Positions 54,136-64,000 of a DNA stretch of 64,000 nucleotides are shown here, piece after piece. The translations under genes and the position numbers were made by a program. A model generated the notes under the pieces. The model made no database searches. It was given only the letters and a program-made list of their open reading frames with translations, and had not been told where the DNA came from. The stretch lies in assembly GCF_009914755.1 (NCBI RefSeq), contig NC_060925.1. One strand, written 5' to 3'. Numbering within the stretch: position 1 is the stretch's first letter; each line of letters opens with the position of its first letter. The DNA is from the human T2T-CHM13v2.0 reference genome, Homo sapiens.

Positions 54136-54911
54136 CTCCTTGGATCTTGTGGGGAGCTTGTGAAGGTGAATTTCTAGATTCTCCAAATGTTAGAAAGAGG
54201 CCAGGAAAGGGGGACACTGCAGTCTTGGAAGAGGAGCCCAGATTCAACAGATGCTCAGCAGTGAGAGGAAATAAATTAGCCCTTTCTTCTTGTTTATGTC
54301 ATGTCTTTCTCTCTGTGCCTCCACTGTAGAATGCTTTTATCTATAAATGTGTTTTTCAAGTTAGAAATTACAGAGATCCAGATGTTCCTAAGGAGTCTTC
54401 TCCATTTGGTTTCTGTTTTGGTCACAAAGATGGATGTTTTATATTCAGATCTGTTTCCTTGCTAGTCATAAGCTGATGGATAAACTTGGAGTTCACACTA
54501 CCCAGAATGACTTGTCTATGACAGCATCTTATTATCATGGCTTTAATTAGGGACTGGCATTTGTGTGGTGGTGAATTTTCTCCAGATCTTATTCCTGGAG
54601 ATACCTTAATGATACCACTGCCCCATGAATTGCACTGGCTTCCTGTCTGTTTCTCAATCTTGCCAGGGCCTTTCCTACCCCAGGACCTTTCCTCATGTTG
54701 TTCCCTCTGCCTGGAACATTCCTGTCCAGCAACTCAGGCAACTCATGCTCTTCCTTCAAATATCAGTTCAGGGGCTGCCTACTGGGGTTGCTCTGTTGGT
54801 ATACATTCCCTACTCCATCCTATTCCATATAGCTCTTAGGAGGATTCAAATGCTTAAACAAATCTTTAGACATACACTTGATGGGTATTAGCTCTAATAA
54901 TGTTTGCTATA

Positions 54912-55426
54912 TTATTAGTTAGGATAAGTGATGTTAGTTTCATCAACAAATAAATCCCCACGTCTCAAGGGCCTAACACAATAAATTTATTCTGCACTCA
55001 TCTTACAATCCGTTGTTGGTTCAATGCAGGGGCTGTACTCCATGTAGACATCAGGGTTCCAGGCCCCTTCCACTGTGCGGTTCCATCATCTAGGCCCTCA
55101 GGGTGTACCATCAAACTGTTTGCATCAACTGGCAGTTGAGAGAAGAGAGGGTAGAAAATTCTGCAAGAGGTTTCACAGGCCAACCTGGAAGTAGTGGGTG
55201 TCCTGTCTTTCCTTCGGAAAAAGTTTAGCAGTTTGTTGTAAAAATAAATATACACTTACTATGTTACAAGTCAATCCCACTCTTGGCTACCTACTCCAGA
55301 AAAAAGAGAAAAAAAAAAAAAAACGGCCCCACCCGGTTACCGGGGTAGAGTTATATAGTCCAGCTGTTTGTCCAGGAAGAAGAGGAGGACCATGGTTGTT
55401 GGTGAAGCACTAAGCTTTTCTGCCAT
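54912..55426 (-). mobile_element. MLT1K-like LTR carrying a short L1M-like insert (about 55210-55323)
   Basis: TTAGTTAGGATAAG...CATCAGGGTTCCAGGC...ATAGTCCAGCTGTTTGTCCAGGAAGAAGAGG. Confidence 0.6.
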
Positions 55427-56842
55427 ATTATTACGATTATAATAGTTATTCCCAAGTCCCATACAGCATTTTAACAACCCACCTAAAAAGTACCCTACCC
55501 TTGCAGATTCCCTTCTTGCTCATCAAGCTTCTCGGCCTAAGGTCATATTTCTTCAGAATTTTGAATCATAAAGCACAGTGAAGTGTTCATCACATAAGGT
55601 AATAGCTATTTCTTCTTAAGTCATTTTATCTGAGTTAATGGCTACTAATGGGTTAATATATAATTGTCCATAGGACTATTTGCATTTTGAAATAAGACTC
55701 ATGGAGAAAAGAGAAACTGAGTTAGAGGGAGGAGATATTCGGGCTTTTGGCAGGTGGCAGCCTTGTCCTTTCAGGTAAAATCCAAGGAGAGGCCTTGGTG
55801 GCAATTTGTTCTTTCTTCTTTCCTTTCCAGGTGTAATGGTAACTTCTGGGTAGGGAAGGCTGCCTCTTTGCCTCCATGAACTGAGACTTTCTACTGCCCA
55901 CACTGTAGCCTCCTTTATTCTCCCCTCTGCAGACTGCTAAGAGAGAGCTCTTTGGCATACAAAATAGGCCTCGGACTTCCTTATCAGGGTGCTTTCTTTC
56001 ATTTCATAGAGCCCTCCCCGGCCAGATATTCATGTCGCAGATGTATGAGCTCCTGCAGTCATTATCAATCACTGAATGCTTAACAAATATTTAATGAATG
56101 GCTTCTATGAGCAAGCGAGACGTGACATTCTGTAATGGTGGTTGGGGCGGGGGGTGGGGGTGCATGCATTTTTGGTTTCGTTTATTTCATTTTTGGAGTT
56201 TATGAAATGTCTTAACTGTTAAGTCACAGAAAAGGTTTCCCACATAAAAAACATAAAAATCTGTTCTATCTGATCTGCTTTTATGCATTTTTCTAAGCCC
56301 CTGGTTTTCTAATTAGGGGGAAAGAAGAGGAAGTTTTATTCTCATACCCATTATGGCATGTGACCATGGTTCAATTATATTTTTCTTTTGGCTGGATAAG
56401 GGTAATGAATAGATCTTTATCAAATAATTTGATAGACATTGTTATATCCAGCAACTTTTGCTAATACAATGCACTTGGAATCTCATCTGTGTTTGAAGTT
56501 TGCACCGACATCTGCAGAAACTCAGAGAGAAGCTCCCTAGGGATCATCTCTGGTATTTATGACCTGCATCTCCACGTCGTTTTGCAGAAGTGAAAGCTGC
56601 ACTCGACCATTCCTTTTGTTGGTAACTCAAGCCAACAGCCCCTAATGGCTGATTGGATGAAGGAGCAATAACAGCCTCAATATAGTGGGGTGAGGTTCTG
56701 AAATCAAAGACTGATGTAAAAGTGGCAAATGGTCAAAATACAGCCCCTTAAATTGTCCATGCAATAAATTATGATGTCCGCCCAGAATTGGAACAGCTCA
56801 TTATTTTACGGCTAAGCACCAGATAAAATAGTAGGGGACTTG

Positions 56843-57579
<737 letters not shown>

Positions 57580-58580
57580 AATGTGTTTCATGATCTTTTT
57601 TTAGATATATATTTTTATGTGTGTAGTCAAATATAGTCAGCCCAGCAAGACGGAGGCTCACAGAAACGGAGTTTCATAAAGGAATGGCATCTTCAGTTCT
57701 GTCGTCCAGTACTGGGTTTATGCATATTGAATGGAATTATGGGAAGAATGACTTGCACCAATCAGAATGTTCCATCCATCTACTGGTCTATGTCATAGTT
57801 TTATACAACTGACATCAGCCAAAATAAAAGTTGCACGGTGTGACTTCCACAATGGTCATGGGTGCAGTACTTACAACCTGTCTGACACTGGGCTAACCCC
57901 TTTACAAGTGTGACATCGTTTTATCTTCTAAAGAACCCAGTGACTGAGGTAGTATCATTATGTCCATTTTATAGATGAGTATTTTAAATCACTGTGAGAT
58001 TAAATAATGTGTTTGGGTAAGTGGTGAGCAAAGTAACAATTTGAACCAAGGACTGGCTGCCTCCAAAGTGTGCACTGCTGTGTTATGCTGCCTGGTGAGT
58101 CATCCCTGGTAACCCACTCTAGGCAAGAAAATGGTTAGAACTGAGCTAAACCCAGAAAGGAAGTTTGATTTCCCTTTTCTTTTGTAAATTGGAGACTCTC
58201 TGTCGCAGCTTCTCTCCCTCCTAAGTGTCTGCTTTCAACAAGTCCTAAATAAAATGATTGTTACTCTTTAGATTTAGTTCCCAGAGCTGCTTTTTTGCTA
58301 ATATCAAAACCTATTACTAAGTTCTTTTCCTAATCCTTCTATGCTGTTAACTCAGGAAAGATGAGCTCTCCAAACCTGTATTTCCCGGTGCGTTGGAGTT
58401 GCTGAGATTCTTGCAAATGGTATTGCAACTCACCCTGGTGCTTTCTTCTGTCCTCAAAGATGAGCCAAGTGTCTCTGGCCACACAATATTTAATATGCAC
58501 ACTGTTAGCAGAAATTAGACACCCCATATTACCCACCCCCGCAACTTCTACATTATGAAGTAATGGTCTTACTGAAATTC

Positions 58581-58719
58581 AAAGGAGAGAAGGAGAGAGG
58601 GAAAGGAAGGAAAGAAGGAAGGGAGAAAGTGAGGCAGAGGGGAAAGGAGTAGGAAGGAGAAAGGGAAGGAAGAGAGGGAAGGAGACAGAGAGAGGAAAGG
58701 AGGGAGGGAGGCAAGAGAG
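58581..58719. repeat. Polypurine (GA-rich) tract
   Basis: About 140 bp that is almost entirely G/A (GGAA, GAGG units). Confidence 0.9.
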
Positions 58720-59302
58720 TACCCTGTTATTCACCTGTCCCCTGAGGTCTTTATTTAGAACATTCTAGAAAAAAATGGCAGAGGAAATTGCATTGGCTTT
58801 CCAGTTGGGTCTTCTCGGAGCCCATCCCTTCTTGGCTGTGTGATTGTGGCAACTGATTTAGGTTTCCCGAGCCTCAGTTCTGTCATATGTAAGGGGCAAA
58901 AATAACAGCATTTCACCCTAAAGAATTGTCAGCAGGATTAAATGGGATAACATATTTAATCAATATGGCACAGGATAGTAAACCTAAATTTACTCTCCCC
59001 ATGAAGGGCTTTAGGGGTCTTTTCTACTCATGCCTATTGTGAATTTCTCATTCAGTTGCAAGATCTGTAAAGGCATCGATGATGCGTTCTATTTCTTTAG
59101 GAAGTGTTCCTCTCCCACTCCTGCCCCAAATGGCACACTCAGTCCTTGCTTGATTCCCACAATATGACAAAATAAGCATGTTTGACTGACTGATCCTCTG
59201 CTCAGAGGCTGTAACAATGTTTAATTACCCTTTTAATCAGAAAGTTCATCCTTATCTCTTAGGTCCCTTCTGCTATAATTTATCCTTATTTTTGCCTGTT
59301 CA

Positions 59303-60174
<872 letters not shown>

Positions 60175-60326
60175 GAAAAGAAGGGGGAAGGGTAAGAATG
60201 GGGGAAAAATTAGACAATTTGATAGAAGCTCAGGCATTTATATGAAGTGCAAGAGACTGAACGGATGAAGAGAGAGAGGAGAGCCTGAGACCCTTCATCA
60301 CGGTAGATCACAATGAACCCTCCACC

Positions 60327-60361
60327 GTCCCAAAACTGTCCCAAAACTGTCCCAAAACTGT
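60327..60361. repeat. 11-bp tandem repeat, 3 copies
   Basis: (GTCCCAAAACT)3 followed by GT, all copies identical. Confidence 0.95.
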
Positions 60362-60383
60362 ATTTTGGGAAACATTTCAAGAT

Positions 60384-60718
<335 letters not shown>

Positions 60719-61337
60719 AAAAAAACACAGAGTTCAACTATAATTCTGGAAGAAAAGCTTCTTTTGCTATTCGTTTAATCTAGAATCTATACCAGGGAGA
60801 ACCAAATGCATTGGCGAGTTAAGCTGCTTTGCTTCAGAATATTAAATTCATTTCTCAAATGTTTGACTTCATGTCAGTGGTGAGTTTGTCATCAGACCAG
60901 GCTGTGTTTAAGTCCCAGCTCTGCCTGCTACCTGTCTGTCAAGCCTCTGTGCAAGTTGCTTTTGTTCTTAGAATCTCACCTGGAATGCAGGTGACTACAA
61001 CCTCGCAGGAATATGTAGAGATTAAATGATTTAATAGAAGTAAGAGAAGCTCACCTTGCTGTCTCCATGGTAAATGGTCAACACACGTTTATTGCATTGG
61101 CATCTCAATTTTGCAAAGTCCAAACAAAAGCAAAATGCAGAGTAGCTCCAAATTTGGAGGGATGGAAAGAGGAGAGGTAATCACGGGGCTGGGCGTCAGG
61201 TAGAGAGACTCAAAGGTCTGTCAGGTTATTGACATGTCCAACGAGCTGCGGGACAGATGAACAAAGGCACACTTTCAACTCGGAGTTGAAGTCACAAAGG
61301 CCGATGGTTTCTGCTTGGAGATGAGTGAAAGGTGGCT

Positions 61338-61606
61338 CACGTGGCTAGGCAGCATGCATGCCGGGCCCTCCTGGCTCCGCACTTGGTGTCGGATTCAGAG
61401 AGTATGCTGGGAGCACGTGTGCAACTCCACTGGGACAGTTTGTTCCAGATGTGCACAGCTGCGAGCCTCTGAGGGCTGAGGGCCAGGGCTTTCTGTAGGA
61501 AGTATATTGTGCTCCTTTCCCTTCCCCAATGGAGCTGACGGAGGCTTGCACAAGCTCCTGCTGTGCCGAGCTGGGACGGCGGCCATGGCACAGAGACAAG
61601 CACGTG
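61338..61606. promoter_or_regulatory. Candidate enhancer with three CACGTG E-boxes
   Basis: CACGTG at 61338, 61414 and 61601 in GC/CpG-enriched non-repeat DNA; motif matches only. Confidence 0.35.
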
Positions 61607-62309
61607 ATGTACCCAGGCGCTCCAAACATCAGCACCAAGACCTCCTTTTTAACAGTCCAACCCTCTGAGGCACGCCTTTGCCTTTCAGTCTTAGGAACAT
61701 CCCAGCCTCACCCCCCAAGTGGCCTGGCAAGACCTCCGTCCATCACATTGGCCTGGCTGTGGTTCAGGAATCATCTGAAAGAGGCACATTCGTTGTGTTA
61801 GCCTGAGGTTCATCACCATTTCCAGAGGAGATGCTAGTAACCCCGGACATGAGACAAACTGCTTCCTTTGATGCATCCTCCTGTCTGGTTAGGAAATGGC
61901 AGAGGTAGGAATCTTTGATGCAGGGCTAGACACACAGCAGCTGCAGGGCCTTCAGAAGGCTTTGGAAAAACTAGAAGGTTTTCTCAATGACTTCATCCCA
62001 CTTTACTTTGCGACAGTGACTTTGGGTGACCTTGTGCCTTTTGACTGGGTCCAGGAAATACCAGAGCTGCAGAGATATTGATCACTCTCCCCTTGAACAT
62101 ATAAATGGGCTGTTACCAAAGTGCAAGGTTTTATTAAAGCACAACGCAAGCGGATTTTTCTTTTGAAAATGGAACGGGGTTGTGGACTCTTTTATTCCCA
62201 TTTATTTTCTGAGTTGGCTGTTATCACCGTTTTCAATTTCTACACTCCTGAAGTCGGTCTTCCTTGTGTCTTGACAAAAATTTCACGACCTCTTCCCCTT
62301 TCATTGTTT

Positions 62310-62740
62310 CCCCTATTTATTTATTCACTCAACAAATGTTTACTGAGGTCCTGTGATATGCCAGGCACTTTTCTAGATACCAAGGAGACAGCAGTGAGCA
62401 AAACAGACAGATATCCCTGCCCTCGTGGAACTGATATTCTAGTGTAGGAGGCACACGATAAACAAAAGAAACAAGTAAAACCTGCGGAATGTCCGATGGG
62501 GTAAGTGCTTGGAGAACAGGAAGACTTACAAGGGAGGGAGGATGGTCTGGACATTTGAGCAGAGGTTTGAAAGGGTGAAGTAACCACCCAGAGAGCACTG
62601 CAGATGGAGAGAACAGCAGGTGCAAAGGCCCTGGGACAGAGCATTTCGATGACCCGCATGGCTGGAGCAGGGTGAGCCCATGGGGACAATAGGAGAGAAG
62701 TCAGATAGGGGGATGTAGAGTTAGGTCCAAGGTTACAGCT
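62310..62740 (-). mobile_element. L2 3' end
   Basis: TTCACTCAACAAATGTTTACTGAGG...GAGAACAGCAGGTGCAAAGGCCCTG. Confidence 0.85.
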
Positions 62741-62899
62741 GGATGGAGACATCATTAACTACGATCCACCTGAAAGACAGCCTGAGCCTGGAAATAGCTC
62801 CATTCTTTGTGAGCAATGCCACAAAGTCGTGAGTAAAGGACACGGGCCCGGCTGGCAGGCACCAGGCTGCTCAGCTGTGCACATTCCCACATCAAATTC

Positions 62900-63540
62900 T
62901 GTAGCAGTTCCTATTTGCCAGGCACTGTTTCTGCACTATGTATATAGTCGCTAATTTAACCCTCACCACACACTTGTCAGATGGGTACTGTTACTGCCCC
63001 ATTTTCCAGATGAGGCTCAAAGCGGTTAAGTCGCCGTCACAGGTTTCACAGCTGGTAAAGTGAGGAGTTGGAATTGAAATGAGGCAGACGGCCTCCAGGG
63101 TGCATGCTCCCACTCATGGAGCCACATCTGCCTCCCTTGCTAACACGACAATGATACCTGTAGTAATACATACTCTTTACATGTGAACACACACAGCATG
63201 CTGTTATGTATAGTATGGGCTCTGATTTTAATACATGTCTTAGGAAGACAGAAGTTAAGACGGCAACTATTTGCAAGAAGTTGTGGAACTATTCAAAGGA
63301 TCAGTTCTAAAGCTGTTTAAAAAAGTAGGGTGGGGAATTGGACTTCTTGGGTTCAAATCCTGGCTCAGCCCCTTACTATTGTGAGATCTTAGACAAGGAA
63401 TCTTGCTGGTCTGAGACTCAGTTACTGCAGCTGTAAAACAGAGATAGACAAGTAGGTATTTCATGAAGATGCATTAAGGATAAATGAAATCATGTATCTC
63501 AAAGTCCTGGCACAGAGGAATAAATCAGGAAATTTCAGCT
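62900..63540. mobile_element. MIR SINEs (plus 62900-63120, minus 63330-63540)
   Basis: CCCCATTTTCCAGATGAGGCTC; GGGTTCAAATCCTGGCTC...GGATAAATGAAATCATG. Confidence 0.75.
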
Positions 63541-64000
63541 CTGATCATCGCCATCAATTTATGATTATTATTGTTGTAATCTAAAGTTTCCAGGACTCGG
63601 GTTAAGATACGCTGGGTCCTCAGGATGGAGCTGAATGGTCCCCGGGGGCCAGATCAGATTTCTGATCATGAGTGTGTTTGCCTAGCTATTGATTTTCTGC
63701 GTGGCCTTTTACCAAGTTGCTGCTTTACCTGCCTTTGTGCTCATTCTCCACCGACGAGGCACTTAACCCTTCCAGAAGGATGTGAGGAGGCGGAAAAATC
63801 GTTTGTAAAATCATGCTGACATTTGGGGGTGGAAGGTGCTGAGGAACTGTGAGGCAGAGTGTTTCCCTTCCAATCACCCTCCCAGTCCGATTGGTACTCA
63901 TCTTGGAAAGGTCACTCTCTTGGCTTAAGAGTTTCCTGTGACACTCGAGCTGCAGCTTAAACGAATTGTTCCTGAAGTCTGTCTTGCGGTACTTGTCACT

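Overview
Human (hominoid) non-coding DNA, intergenic or deep intronic, and rich in repeats. I found no credible protein-coding exon, RNA gene or CpG island, and I could not identify the locus. The long ORFs fall inside Alu, L1, L2 or MaLR repeats or have no recognisable product. The window holds about 14 Alus, many L2/MIR/L1M relics, MaLR LTRs (THE1, MST, MLT1) and hAT DNA-transposon fossils. Three structures stand out. (1) A ~1-kb inverted repeat at 52195-53175 has two ~360-415-bp arms of non-Alu, non-L1 sequence around a 203-bp spacer, an extra 52-bp tandem duplication in one arm and a CTCF-like motif beside it. (2) A young human-specific L1 (pre-Ta diagnostics) at 59345-60192 has a 5' inversion, a ~460-nt internal deletion and a perfect 18-bp TSD. 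(3) A 38-bp TSD-flanked, poly(A)-tailed micro-retroinsertion of unrecognised origin lies at 8871-8936. Several candidate regulatory motif clusters are also reported. Repeat subfamily names come from my recall of consensus sequences, and boundaries of old repeats are approximate.
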